DNA of 64,000 nt from assembly GCA_050945875.1 (NCBI GenBank), contig JBMNTT010000001.1, positions 94,832 to 158,831 of the forward strand, read 5' to 3'. Source of the DNA: Christensenellales bacterium. GTDB taxonomy: Bacteria; Bacillota; Clostridia; Christensenellales; JBMNTT01. This document shows, in pieces, positions 39,015 through 53,354 of the stretch (positions are counted from its first letter, which is position 1; each line of letters begins with the position of its first letter). Both the position numbers and the translations under genes were made by a program. The notes under the pieces were generated by a model. It saw only the letters and a list, made by a program, of their open reading frames with translations. It did no database searches and was not told where the DNA came from.

Positions 39015-39983
39015 ATGACCGTCATCCACACCCATGAGATCACCCTGTATCAGGGGGGTAGCCCCAACCTGGTGCTGCGCCCGCTTTGCGACGCCGACCT
39101 GCCCTTGCTGTGCCGCTGGTGCGCCGATCCCGAGGTGCTCTACTGGACCGAGGGCGGCCCGGATCAGCCCCTGTCCTACGGCCCGGAGACAGTGCGGCGC
39201 ATCTACGGCGGCGTGTCGGCCCAGGCCCACTGCTTTGTGGTGGAGGCGGCAGGCGCGCCCATCGGGGAGTGCTGGCTGCAGCGCATGAACCTGCCCGAGG
39301 TCCGGGCGATGTACCCCGCGGGGACGGATGTGCGCCGCATCGACATGGCCATCGGCGAGAAGACCTGCTGGGGCCGGGGGCTGGGTACCCGCATGATCGG
39401 CATGCTGGTGGATTTCGCCTTCTGTGGGGAGGGTGTGGACGTGCTGCACTGCTTCTGCGAGGACTACAATCTCCGCAGCCGCCGGGTGTGGGAGAAGAAC
39501 GGCTTCTCCCTGGCGCGCGTCGATCCCCTGCCCCAGCCCCAAAAGGGACAAGCCCAGCTGCATTTTGTGCTCACCCGGCAGGCCTATCTGGCCGGGCGGC
39601 GCTTTGTCCCGCCGGCGGATCAGGTGCGCGACCTGACGCTGACGACGCTGACCCCCAGCCAGCTCTACATCAGCGCGGGCAAGCTGGCCCTGGTGGACAG
39701 CTGGTGCTTTGGCGCGGCCCAGATGGACCCGCTGCCCTACATCCAGCTGGATGGCGTCAACCTGCTGACCGACGGGCACACCCGGGCGGTGTGGGCCCAT
39801 CTGCACGGGGAGACCAAAGTGCCCTGCTACCCCGACCCGGACCCCCTGGATCGGGCCGCCTACGCCCAGGATCTGGCCTGGTGTCGGCAGGAGGGCGTGC
39901 TGAGCATCGAGGCGCTGGCCGGGCGCATCGTGTCCCACAAGGACTATGAACGCCTGTGGCGCAAGCGCTGCATGGAAAAGTAA
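39015..39983 (+). CDS. GNAT (RimJ-like) acetyltransferase fused to a C-terminal ParB/Srx-like domain
   Basis: IGEK.CWGRGLG, N.RS.RVWEKNGF; C-terminal PSQLYIS..KL and LTDGHTRA. Confidence 0.75.
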   Translation: MTVIHTHEITLYQGGSPNLVLRPLCDADLPLLCRWCADPEVLYWTEGGPDQPLSYGPETVRRIYGGVSAQAHCFVVEAAGAPIGECWLQRMNLPEVRAMYPAGTDVRRIDMAIGEKTCWGRGLGTRMIGMLVDFAFCGEGVDVLHCFCEDYNLRSRRVWEKNGFSLARVDPLPQPQKGQAQLHFVLTRQAYLAGRRFVPPADQVRDLTLTTLTPSQLYISAGKLALVDSWCFGAAQMDPLPYIQLDGVNLLTDGHTRAVWAHLHGETKVPCYPDPDPLDRAAYAQDLAWCRQEGVLSIEALAGRIVSHKDYERLWRKRCMEK

Positions 39984-40021
39984 ACAGGAGCGGACCGAAA
40001 ACGGTCCGCTCCTGTTATTTT
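39982..40021. terminator. Bidirectional terminator
   Basis: AACAGGAGCGGACCG-aaaa-CGGTCCGCTCCTGTT. Confidence 0.85.
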
Positions 40022-40027
40022 GTGCGG

Positions 40028-44060
<4,033 letters not shown>

Positions 44061-44068
<8 letters not shown>

Positions 44069-45140
44069 CCCGCTTCCCTCCCATCAGATCCATGAAACGG
44101 TCGAAAATCCAGCCGGTGTCCAGGGGGCCCGCCGCGGCCTCGGGGTGGAACTGCACCGAGAAGCCCCGGATATCCCGGTAGTCCAGCCCCTCGCAGGAGC
44201 CGTCGTTGGCGTTCTCAAAGCGCAGGCGCACGCTCTCGGGCAGGGTGTCCACGGCATAGCCGTGGTTCTGGCTGGTGATGTACACCCGGCCGCTGTCCAG
44301 GTCCCGCACGGGCTGGTTCGCCCCCCGGTGGCCGTACTTGAGCTTGCGGGTGGTGCAGCCCTGGGACAGGGCCAGCAGCTGGTGGCCCATGCAGATGCCG
44401 AAGATGGGCAGCCCGGTGGCGGCCAGCGCGCCGATCTGGGCGACGATGTCCGGATTGTCCGCCGGGTCGCCCGGGCCGTTGGAGAGCATCACCCCGTCCG
44501 GGTTCAGGGCGGCGATCTGCTCAGCCGTGGCCTGGGCGGGCATGGTCACCACCTCGCAGCCGCGCCGGATCAACTCCCGGCGGATGTTGGCCTTCGCGCC
44601 GAAATCCCACAGCGCCACCCGGTATCGCGGGGCCTCCGGCCCCTGGGTGAAGGGCTGGGCGCAGGTCACCGAGGGGATCGCCCTCGCCACCCGATAGGCG
44701 GCGATCGCCTCCAAGCGCGCCCGCGCCGCGTCGGGGTCGGCGCACAGGCAGGCGTTGAGCACGCCCCGCTCCCGGATGATCCGGGTGATCGCCCGGGTGT
44801 CGACGCCCGACAGGCCGGGGATGTTTTGCGCCTTCAAAAAAGTGTCGAGATCGCCTTCACAACGGAAATTGGAAGGTTCCCGACACCATTGTCGCACGAT
44901 GTAGGCCGATAGGCTGGGCTTTTCGCTCTCAAAATCCGGGGGGATCACCCCGTAGTTGCCGATCAAGGGGAAGGTCTGCACCACCATCTGGCCGTAATAG
45001 CTCGGATCGGTCAGGGTTTCCAGATACCCCGTCATGCCGGTTGTGAAAACCAGCTCCGCCGTGACGTCGCCCTCGGCGCCAAAGCGCTCACCGGCAAAGA
45101 CCTCACCGGTTTGCAACACCAGATATCCTTTTTGGGACAC
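44061..45140 (-). CDS. carA: Carbamoyl-phosphate synthase small subunit
   Basis: FTTGMTGY..TLTDPSY, SNGPGDP, GICMGHQ, QFHPE. Confidence 0.97.
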
Positions 45141-45253
45141 GCGCGATCACCTCGTTCTCGGTTGGGGCCCCGGCGCGGACGCCTTTGTCCGGCGGCGGCA
45201 AATTGAATCCGGCCCCCCGCCCCTGCGGGGGACCGGAAACAGACAGCAGCGGG

Positions 45254-45940
45254 TCAGTCGATCTTCTCCAGGATCATCCGGGCGCAGTCGATCTGGTTGG
45301 GGATGTTGCCGTTCGGATCCTTGATACGCCAGATATCCGGGGTGATCTCATCGGCCACATACACCTTGCCGGTCTCGTCGTACCCCATCTCGATCTTGAA
45401 ATCGATGAGGGTGTAGCCCATGCTGGCCAGCTCCTCCCGGAGCACCTCGCCGACCTTCTGCAGCACGCCCAGGGCCTCGTCATACTGCCCGGGCGCCAGC
45501 AAGCCCTTCATCAGGCACAGGCGCTCGCTGATCAGCGGATCGCCCTGCTCGTCGGCCTTGAGGGTGACCTCCATGTAGGGCGGGTCAAAGGGCAGCCCCT
45601 CCTCCAGATCGAACCGGCGGCACATGCTCCCCGCGGTAAAGTAGCGCAGCACGAACTCCAGCGGCGGCACAGTGACCTTGCGCACCTGCATCAGGCCCGC
45701 GTCAATGTCCGCGCTCTTGTAGTGGGTGGGGATGCCGTTCTTCTCCATCAACTCGAAAAAGTAGCGGGAGATCTTCAGGCCGATCTTGCCCTTGCCCTCG
45801 ACGCTGCCGCCGACGGTGTTGGAGCCGGGGTCAAACACGCCGTTCTCCCCGGTGGCGCTGTCCTTGAACAGCAGATAGACCGCGCCGGTCGCCTCGTCGG
45901 TCAGGACGTTCTTGGTTTTGCCCTCATACAACGTTTTCAT
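45254..45940 (-). CDS. purC: SAICAR synthetase
   Basis: LYEGKTK, FKD, GIPTHY, LIDFKIEMG, ADEITPD..R. Confidence 0.9.
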   Translation of the reverse strand: MKTLYEGKTKNVLTDEATGAVYLLFKDSATGENGVFDPGSNTVGGSVEGKGKIGLKISRYFFELMEKNGIPTHYKSADIDAGLMQVRKVTVPPLEFVLRYFTAGSMCRRFDLEEGLPFDPPYMEVTLKADEQGDPLISERLCLMKGLLAPGQYDEALGVLQKVGEVLREELASMGYTLIDFKIEMGYDETGKVYVADEITPDIWRIKDPNGNIPNQIDCARMILEKID

Positions 45941-45974
45941 TCAAAACACTCCTTGTTCGTGTTATCTTCGAAGA

Positions 45975-47279
45975 TCACTCCCACTCGATGGTGGCGGTGG
46001 GCTTGGGCGACAGATCGTAGCAGACCCGGTTGACCCCGGGCACCTCGCGGATGATTCGGTCGGTGATGGTCATGAGCACCGGGTAGGGTACCCATTCCAC
46101 CGAGGCGGTCATCGCGTCGACGGTGTTGACCGCGCGGATGATCACCGGGTACTCGAAGCACCGGGCGTTATCGCGCACGCCGACGCTCTTAAAGTCGGGC
46201 ACGACCGTGAAATACTGCCAAACCTTGCCGGCCAGGCCGGCCTTCTGGAACTCCTCGCGGAGGATGGCGTCGGATTCGCGCACCGCCTCCAGCCGGTCGG
46301 CGGTGATGGCGCCCAGGCAGCGCACGCCCAGACCCGGGCCCGGGAAGGGCTGGCGGTAGACCATCTCCTCGGGCAGGCCCAGGGCCACGCCGCAGGCGCG
46401 CACCTCGTCCTTGAAGAGCATCTTCAGCGGCTCGACCAGGGCCAGGTCCATGCGCTCGGGCAGGCCGCCCACGTTGTGGTGGGACTTGACGATCTTGGCG
46501 GTCTTGGTGCCGCTCTCGACGATATCGGGGTAGATGGTTCCCTGGGCCAGGAAGGTGACGCCCTCGATCTTGCGGGCCTCCTCCTCAAAGACGCGGATGA
46601 ACTCCTCGCCGATGATCTTGCGCTTCTGCTCGGGGTCGGCCACGCCCGCCAGCTTGCCCAAAAAGCGCTCCGACGCGTCCACATAGATCAGGTTGGCGCC
46701 CAGCTCGTTCTGGAACACCTGCACCACCTGCTCGGCCTCGCCCTTGCGCAGCAGGCCATGGTTGACGTGCACGCAGGTCAGCCGGTCGCCGATGGCCTTG
46801 AGCAGCAGCGCGGCCACCACCGAGGAATCCACGCCGCCGGACAGGGCCAGCAGCACCTTCTGATCCCCGACCTGCTGGCGCACCAGCTCGATCTGGTCGG
46901 CGATGAAGTTGTCCATGTTCCAGTTGGGCTGGGCGGCGCAGGCCTCAAAGACAAAGGGCTTAAGCGCCTGCTTGAGGGCCTCGTCGTCCCCGGGCCAAGC
47001 GGCCAGCCGCTCGCACCGGGCCGCCGGATGATCCACCGCCAGCATGGGCAGGCCGCAGGCGTACACCTCGGCGGCCACGTCGATGGCCTGTCCGTCGACC
47101 ACGCGGTTCTCTCCGCCGTTGAGGATGACGCCCTTGACGCCCGGCAGCGCCTTGAGCGCCTCAGCGGTGGTGTCATGGGGATAGATTTCGCTGTACACGC
47201 CCAGGTCGCGAATCGCCCGGGCGATGCGGGTATTCTCGGTGCTCCCCAAATCCAGGATGACGATCATATCCTGCTTCAT
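45975..47279 (-). CDS. guaA: GMP synthase, short form with degenerate GATase domain
   Basis: LSGGVDS, QGTIYPD, KSHHNVGG, RQPFPGPGL, KPTATIEWE; N-domain lacks GIC and HPE. Confidence 0.92.
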   Translation of the reverse strand: MKQDMIVILDLGSTENTRIARAIRDLGVYSEIYPHDTTAEALKALPGVKGVILNGGENRVVDGQAIDVAAEVYACGLPMLAVDHPAARCERLAAWPGDDEALKQALKPFVFEACAAQPNWNMDNFIADQIELVRQQVGDQKVLLALSGGVDSSVVAALLLKAIGDRLTCVHVNHGLLRKGEAEQVVQVFQNELGANLIYVDASERFLGKLAGVADPEQKRKIIGEEFIRVFEEEARKIEGVTFLAQGTIYPDIVESGTKTAKIVKSHHNVGGLPERMDLALVEPLKMLFKDEVRACGVALGLPEEMVYRQPFPGPGLGVRCLGAITADRLEAVRESDAILREEFQKAGLAGKVWQYFTVVPDFKSVGVRDNARCFEYPVIIRAVNTVDAMTASVEWVPYPVLMTITDRIIREVPGVNRVCYDLSPKPTATIEWE

Positions 47280-47502
47280 CGTTGCTCCCGCTCCTTTATC
47301 TGTCAAGTGGATGCCCGGTGGGCGCGCCCCGCTGGTGCAGGGTGCTGGAGGGCATTTGCCCACCCGCGCATCTTTTCCAGCTATTTTACCATAGTTCCTG
47401 CCAGTTTCGCAAAGCTTTCTTGCAGATATTTGTGATTTTTCCACAAAGAGGCCGCGCCTCGCCGGGAACCGGCGCCGCGCAGCCTCTGGATGCGAACTGA
47501 AA

Positions 47503-48957
47503 TCACTCGGTCTCGGGCTCGAGCAGCTGGAGCACGCCGATGGCGTCGCTGATGCTCTTCTCCATGGCCAGCCGGCCGTAGCTGTCGACCTGGGCCTTGC
47601 TCTTGGGGCCGTGGGTCAGGCAGGCCGCCCCGCCGATGCAGCCCGACTCGCAGGCCATGCCCTCGATGAAGTTCTCCTGCAGAATACCGCGATTGGCCTT
47701 GAGCAGGGCCACCTTGCACTCGGTGATGCCGTTGCAGGAGATGGCGTTGAGCTTAAAGGCGCTCTCCTCCACCCCCTGCTCCTTGAGCGCCTGGGCCACC
47801 GCGGCGGCCAACCCGCCGCTGCGGGCGAAGATTCGGCCATAGTAGGAGGCGTTGTCCAGGTAGGCGTCGGGCAGGGAGGCCAAGTCGATCTGGCGGCTGT
47901 CGAAGAGGGCCTGCAGCTCCTCGAAGGTCAGCACGCAGTCCACGATGCCGGCGATCTCGGGCTGCTGAATCTCACCCTTCTTGGCGGTGCAGGGGCCGAT
48001 GAAGATGACCTTGCTGCCGGGCTCGAGCTTCTTGAGGTATTTGCTGATCTCCACCATGGGCGAGACATTGTGGGAGATGTGCTCGGCCAGCTGGGGGAAG
48101 CTCTTTTTGATGTAGCTGACGAAGGCCGGGCAGCACGAGGAGGTGAGAAAGCCCTTTTCCGAGAGCTCCTTGGCCTCCTTGTAGGCCACCATGTCCGCGC
48201 CCAGGGCGGCCTCCACCACGTTGTAGAAGCCCAGCGCCTTCAGGCCCGAGACCACCTTCTCCACCGACACCTGCACAAACTGGCTGGAGATCGAGGGGGC
48301 CACCACGGCGTATACCTTATACTTCTGGTTGTTCTCGGACTGCTTGAGCAGCTCGATGGCGTCGAGGATGTAGCTCTTATCCTGGATCGCGCCGAAGGGG
48401 CACTGGTACACGCAAGCGCCGCAGGAGATGCACTTGTCATTGTCAATGGTGGCCTTCTTGTTCTCCCCCATGGAGATGGCGTTGATCTTACAGGCGTTCT
48501 CGCAGGGGCGCACCATCTTGATGATGGCGCTGTAGGGGCAGGCGCTGACACACCGGCCGCACTCGATGCACTTGCTCTTGTCGATGGTGGCCTTGTGGTC
48601 CACGATGGTGATGGCGTCCTTGGGGCAGGCGTTCTGGCAGCGGTGGGCGATACAGCCCCGGCAGGCCTGGGTGACCTGGATGCCGTCGACCGGGCACTCG
48701 TCACAGGCAATGCTGAGCACCTCCACGACGTTGGGATTGCTCTTGTCCCCGCCCATAGCCAGCTTGATGCGCTGGTTCACAATGGCCCGCTCCTTGTAGA
48801 TGCAGCAGCGCATGGTCGGCTCCGGGCCGGGCATGATCCGCTCGGCCGCGTCGATCAGGCCGGTGTCCAACCGATCCTCAAAGGCCAGGGTGGCCACCTC
48901 TTTGAGCACCTTGTACTTGAGCTCTTGCACACTGGTATCAAAAATTCGTACGCTCAT
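47503..48957 (-). CDS. Monomeric [FeFe]-hydrogenase with accessory 4Fe-4S clusters (group B-like)
   Basis: H-cluster motifs TSSCCPAF, GPCTAKKGE, EGMACESGCIGG; several CxxCxxCxxxC. Confidence 0.92.
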   Translation of the reverse strand: MSVRIFDTSVQELKYKVLKEVATLAFEDRLDTGLIDAAERIMPGPEPTMRCCIYKERAIVNQRIKLAMGGDKSNPNVVEVLSIACDECPVDGIQVTQACRGCIAHRCQNACPKDAITIVDHKATIDKSKCIECGRCVSACPYSAIIKMVRPCENACKINAISMGENKKATIDNDKCISCGACVYQCPFGAIQDKSYILDAIELLKQSENNQKYKVYAVVAPSISSQFVQVSVEKVVSGLKALGFYNVVEAALGADMVAYKEAKELSEKGFLTSSCCPAFVSYIKKSFPQLAEHISHNVSPMVEISKYLKKLEPGSKVIFIGPCTAKKGEIQQPEIAGIVDCVLTFEELQALFDSRQIDLASLPDAYLDNASYYGRIFARSGGLAAAVAQALKEQGVEESAFKLNAISCNGITECKVALLKANRGILQENFIEGMACESGCIGGAACLTHGPKSKAQVDSYGRLAMEKSISDAIGVLQLLEPETE

Positions 48958-49145
48958 GCGTCCCCCTCCTCCCCAGCGGCGCGCGCCGGGATATCCCAGG
49001 CCCAAGGGCAATCCATGGGCCCTATATTGTTAAATATTTCACCATATCATCATACCGGTTCCGGCCTTTTCTGTCAATCTTCGCGGGCGAGAAACTTCCG
49101 GCATTTTTGCCTGTCAGATTGTAAATAGGGGAATTGCTTCCAAGC

Positions 49146-50348
49146 TCAGGGGTTTAGCCGGAGGATGTCCCAGGGTCTGAGCGGCCGGGGCGGATGCAGG
49201 CGCACCCGCATCTGGGGATGGGGCGCGCGGTCGATGGGCCGCCCCTGGTCGTCCTCCATTCGCTCGGCCGTGAAGCACCAGGGCGTCCGTCCGGGGGAGA
49301 GCACCGACAGCCGGTTTCCCCGGGCGAAGGGGAAGCGCTGCTCCACCCAAGCGCCCCCCTCGTCGCAGCCGCGCACGATGGCCGCCACCTTGGCCTCGGG
49401 CGTCTCGGGCGCGCGCAGATCGACCTGACCAGGCTGGCCGAAGTAGAAGCCCGTGTCGTAGGGGCGGTGCTTGATGGCCATCAGTTCCCGGCGACCCAGC
49501 GCGGGCAGGGGCCGCCCCGCGGCGGCCGCGTCGATACCCATGCGGTAGGCGTTGACCACCGTGGCCACATAGTGCAGGCTCTTCATGCGCCCCTCGATCT
49601 TCAGGCTGTCCAGGCCCAGGGCCAACAGCCGGTCCAGGTGATCGTACATGCACAGCTCCTTGGCGCTGAGCAGGTAGCTGCCCTGGTCATCCTGCTCGAC
49701 GGCCAGCTCGTGGGCCAGCTCGTCCCGGGGCGGACCGCCCCGGAACACCCAGCGGCAGGGCTGGGCGCAGGCGCCCCGATTGGCCTCCCGACCGGTGGTC
49801 GCCAGGGAGAGCAGGCAGCGGCCGGAGTAGGCCATGCACATCGCCCCGTGCACAAAGACCTCCAGCTCCAACCCCGGCGGGGTCAGCTCCCGGATGCGGG
49901 CGATCTGCTCGTAGCTAAGCTCCCGGGCCAGCACGATGCGCCGCACCCCCTGCTCGAGCCAGAAGGCGCAGGCGTCGGCGTTGAGGGTGTTGGCCTGGGT
50001 GCTCAGGAAGATCGGCAGCGCGGGGGCGGCCCGCTGGATGCGGCGCAGCGCCCCGGGATCGGACACCAGCGCCCCGTCCGCCCCCGCCCCCTGCAGGAAT
50101 TGGGCGTACGCGGCCATGGGACCGAGGTCCTCCTGGCGGGCGAAGATGTTCATGGTCACATACAGTTTGCGGCCCAGGCCGTGGCAGCGGGCGGCCGCCT
50201 GGGCCATGGCCGCCGCGTCAAAGCTGCCAGCCGAGGCCCGCAGGCCAAACTCGGGCCCGCCCACATACACTGCGTCCGCCCCGTAGGCCAGGGCCATCTC
50301 CAGCCGCTCCGGGTTGCCCGCCGGGGCCAACAGTTCGGGTTTTCGCAT
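49146..50348 (-). CDS. Peptidase U32 family protein (TrhP-like tRNA hydroxylation)
   Basis: ELLAPAG, GADAVY, E.FVHGAMC.AYSGRC, NRG.CAQPCR, SLKIEGR. Confidence 0.9.
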   Translation of the reverse strand: MRKPELLAPAGNPERLEMALAYGADAVYVGGPEFGLRASAGSFDAAAMAQAAARCHGLGRKLYVTMNIFARQEDLGPMAAYAQFLQGAGADGALVSDPGALRRIQRAAPALPIFLSTQANTLNADACAFWLEQGVRRIVLARELSYEQIARIRELTPPGLELEVFVHGAMCMAYSGRCLLSLATTGREANRGACAQPCRWVFRGGPPRDELAHELAVEQDDQGSYLLSAKELCMYDHLDRLLALGLDSLKIEGRMKSLHYVATVVNAYRMGIDAAAAGRPLPALGRRELMAIKHRPYDTGFYFGQPGQVDLRAPETPEAKVAAIVRGCDEGGAWVEQRFPFARGNRLSVLSPGRTPWCFTAERMEDDQGRPIDRAPHPQMRVRLHPPRPLRPWDILRLNP

Positions 50349-50404
50349 GGGTTTTCCTCCCGTGAAAAGGGCCCGGCCAACGGCCGGGTCCTCAAGTGAT
50401 CGGT

Positions 50405-51610
50405 TTACTGCGCCTGATCCGCCGCCTCCCAGAGCGGCCGATAGGTCTCGACCTTGGCCTGGTGCTCCTCGAAGGTCTTGGAGAAATCCAGCTCCCCGGT
50501 GGCGGGGTCCTTCAGGCAGAAGTAGAGGTATCCCTCGTCCATAAAGGCCTCGTCCGGGTACAGGGCGGCCTCAAGCGCCTCCTGCCCGGGGTTGCACACC
50601 GGGCCGACGGGCAGGCCGTCGATCAGGTAGGTATTATAGGGGGACTCGGTGCTCGAGTCATCGGCGCTCATGGCCAGCTGGTTCTTCTTCAGGATGTACT
50701 GCAGGGGCACGTCCGACTCCAGGCGCATGTTCTGATTCAGCCGGTTGTGGAACACCGCGGAAATCTTGGCGAAGTCCTCAGCCTTGCCCTCCTTCTCAAT
50801 CATCGAGGCCAGGGTGACCACCTCGTCGGTGTTCATCCCCAGGGATTGGGCGCGCTGGGCATATTTTTCGGACTGGATGTACACCTTTCCGAACTGGGTG
50901 AGCATCTTGGTGATGACGCCGTCCTCGTCCGCGTCGATGTAAAACTCGTAGGTCTCCGGGAAGAGGTAGCCCTCCAGCTGATAGTAGCGCTCGCTGGGCT
51001 CGCGCTGGGGGTCCTCGGTCTCCTCGGTGCCCTGCACAAAGGGGGGCATGGCGTCCTGGATGAAGACGAAGTTCTCATAGTCCGCGCCGGTCTTGCACAG
51101 CTCCAGGAACTTGGCGCTGTCGCGCAGCACGCCCTTCTCCTCCAGCAGCGCGGCGATCTCCTCCACCGTGTATCCCTCGGGGATGGTGACCATGGTGACA
51201 TCCGGCCGACCATCGCCCCGTACCAGGGCGTCGACGATCTGCTCGATGGTCATGCCCTCGGTGAGCTGGTAGGTGCCCGCCTTCAGGGAGGAGCCCCGGC
51301 TGGTGATGTCCAGGTAAAGCTTAAAGGCCTGCTTGCTGCGGATGATACCGTGCTCCTCGAGCACCCTGGCGATGGCGTTGGTGGAGGAGCCCTTCTCGAT
51401 ATCCACCTCGACCAGCTCGGTGCTGCCCACCTTGGGAGGCATGAGGTAGTGGCGGTAGCCGTAATCAGCCAGGTCATAGACCAGTCCGCCGACGATCAGC
51501 AGACAGACCACCAGCAGGGTGATCGGGCGCAGGGGCATCCACACCCGGCGCAGGATTTTCTGCGTCCTGCGGGCACCCTTGAGCCATTTCTCCTTCTGCG
51601 CCGGCGTCAT
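50405..51610 (-). CDS. mltG: Endolytic transglycosylase MltG
   Basis: TIPEG, LEGYLFPETY, LASMIEKE, VFHNRL, SPYNTY...GLP.GP.CNPG. Confidence 0.94.
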   Translation of the reverse strand: MTPAQKEKWLKGARRTQKILRRVWMPLRPITLLVVCLLIVGGLVYDLADYGYRHYLMPPKVGSTELVEVDIEKGSSTNAIARVLEEHGIIRSKQAFKLYLDITSRGSSLKAGTYQLTEGMTIEQIVDALVRGDGRPDVTMVTIPEGYTVEEIAALLEEKGVLRDSAKFLELCKTGADYENFVFIQDAMPPFVQGTEETEDPQREPSERYYQLEGYLFPETYEFYIDADEDGVITKMLTQFGKVYIQSEKYAQRAQSLGMNTDEVVTLASMIEKEGKAEDFAKISAVFHNRLNQNMRLESDVPLQYILKKNQLAMSADDSSTESPYNTYLIDGLPVGPVCNPGQEALEAALYPDEAFMDEGYLYFCLKDPATGELDFSKTFEEHQAKVETYRPLWEAADQAQ

Positions 51611-51680
51611 GCCACCGCCTCCTTTCCCCAGGGCCGTTTGTCCCCATTATAGCGGTTCGGCCTGTATCTGGCAAGCAGCC

Positions 51681-53354
51681 TCAGATCTCCACCACCACGG
51701 GCAGGATCATGGGGGCGCGCTTGGTCTTGCCGTAGATGTAGTCGCGCAGGTTGTTGCGGATATCGTTCTTCACGCCGTTCCAGTCGAAGGCGCTCTGGCG
51801 GGCAAAGCCCTCGCAGGTCTCCCGCACCACGGCCTTGCACTGGTCCATGAGCACGTCGCTCTCGCGCACATACACAAAGCCGCGGGAGATGATGTCCGGC
51901 CCGGCCATGATCTCGCCGGTCTCAGCCGACAAGCTGACCACCACCACCAGCAGACCGTCCTGGCTGAGCAGCTTGCGGTCGCGCAGCACCACGTTGCCCA
52001 CGTCGCCCACGCCGAAACCATCCACCAGGATCGGCCCGGCCTGCACGGTGTCCACCACCTCGGCGTTGTTGGGCGACAGCTCGATGACGTTGCCCACGTT
52101 GGCGATGATGATGTTCTCCTCAGGCATGCCCATGCTCCTGGCCAGCTGGGCGTGCTGGTACAGGTGCCGGTACTCGCCGTGCACCGGGATGAAGAATTTG
52201 GGCTTGACCAGGGCGTGCACCAGCTTGATCTCCTCCTGGCAGGCGTGGCCCGACACGTGCACATCGGCCAGGGACTCGTAGATCACCTGCGCGCCCCGGC
52301 GGTAAAGCTGGTTGATCACCCGGGAGACGTACTTCTCGTTGCCCGGAATGGGGTTGGCCGAGATGATGACCATGTCCCCCTCGCGGATCTCAATCTGCCG
52401 ATGCTCGCTGGTGGACATGCGCACCAGGCCGCTCATGGGCTCGCCCTGGCTGCCGGTGGTGATGATGGTCATCTTCTCGCCGGGGTACTGGTCCACATGG
52501 TCCAGGTCCACCAGCACCCCCTCGGGCACGTGCAGATCGCCCAGACCCACGGCCATGTTGCCGACGTTAACCATGCTGCGCCCGGCGAAGCACACCTTGC
52601 GCCCGTAGCGCACCGCCGCATCGATGATCTGCTGGATGCGGTAGATATTGCTGGAGAAAGTGGCGATGATGATGCGGGCGCCCTGCTCGGTGGCCTTCTT
52701 AAAGAAGACCTCGAAGGTCTCCCCCACGGTGCGCTCGCTCATGGTGTAGCCCGGCCGCTCGACGTTGGTGGACTCGCACAGCATCATCAAGACGCCCTCG
52801 TTACCCAGCTGGGCCAGCTTGTTCAGGTCCATGATCTCATGGTCGATGGGCGTGAAATCCACCTTGAAATCCCCGGAGAAGAGCACCACGCCCACCGGGG
52901 TATGCACCGCCAGCGCGCAGGCCCCGGCGATGGAATGGTTGACCTTGATAAACTCGATCTTAAAGCAGCCGGCCTGGACCGTGTCCCCGGCCTGCACGCG
53001 GTTCATCTTGACCCCGCGCACCCGGTGCTCCTTGAACTTGTTCTCCAGCAGCCCCAGGGTCAGCCGGGTGCCATAGACGGGCGCATTCACGCTCTTGAGG
53101 ACGTAGGGCATGGCGCCGATGTGGTCCTCGTGGCCGTGGGTGATAAAGAAGCCGCGCAGCTTCTCCTTGTTCTGGGTGATGTAGCTGATATCGGGGATCA
53201 CCAAATCGACCCCCAGCATCTCCTCCTCGGGAAAGATCGATCCGCAATCCACCACGATCATGTCGTTTCCATACTCCACGACGGTCATGTTCTTGCCGAT
53301 CTCGCCGACCCCACCCAAGGGAATGATCCTCACTTTTTTCTGTTTCTGTGGCAA
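51681..53354 (-). CDS. rnj: Ribonuclease J
   Basis: PLGGVGEIGKN, THGHEDHIG, GSQGEP, HVSGHA, PVHGE. Confidence 0.96.
   Translation of the reverse strand: MPQKQKKVRIIPLGGVGEIGKNMTVVEYGNDMIVVDCGSIFPEEEMLGVDLVIPDISYITQNKEKLRGFFITHGHEDHIGAMPYVLKSVNAPVYGTRLTLGLLENKFKEHRVRGVKMNRVQAGDTVQAGCFKIEFIKVNHSIAGACALAVHTPVGVVLFSGDFKVDFTPIDHEIMDLNKLAQLGNEGVLMMLCESTNVERPGYTMSERTVGETFEVFFKKATEQGARIIIATFSSNIYRIQQIIDAAVRYGRKVCFAGRSMVNVGNMAVGLGDLHVPEGVLVDLDHVDQYPGEKMTIITTGSQGEPMSGLVRMSTSEHRQIEIREGDMVIISANPIPGNEKYVSRVINQLYRRGAQVIYESLADVHVSGHACQEEIKLVHALVKPKFFIPVHGEYRHLYQHAQLARSMGMPEENIIIANVGNVIELSPNNAEVVDTVQAGPILVDGFGVGDVGNVVLRDRKLLSQDGLLVVVVSLSAETGEIMAGPDIISRGFVYVRESDVLMDQCKAVVRETCEGFARQSAFDWNGVKNDIRNNLRDYIYGKTKRAPMILPVVVEI

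Noticed and set aside
45141-45253. PyrR attenuator or ArgR box before carA
   Set aside because: Only a GC-rich hairpin after purC; no AGUCCNGNGAGG or AT-rich ARG box.
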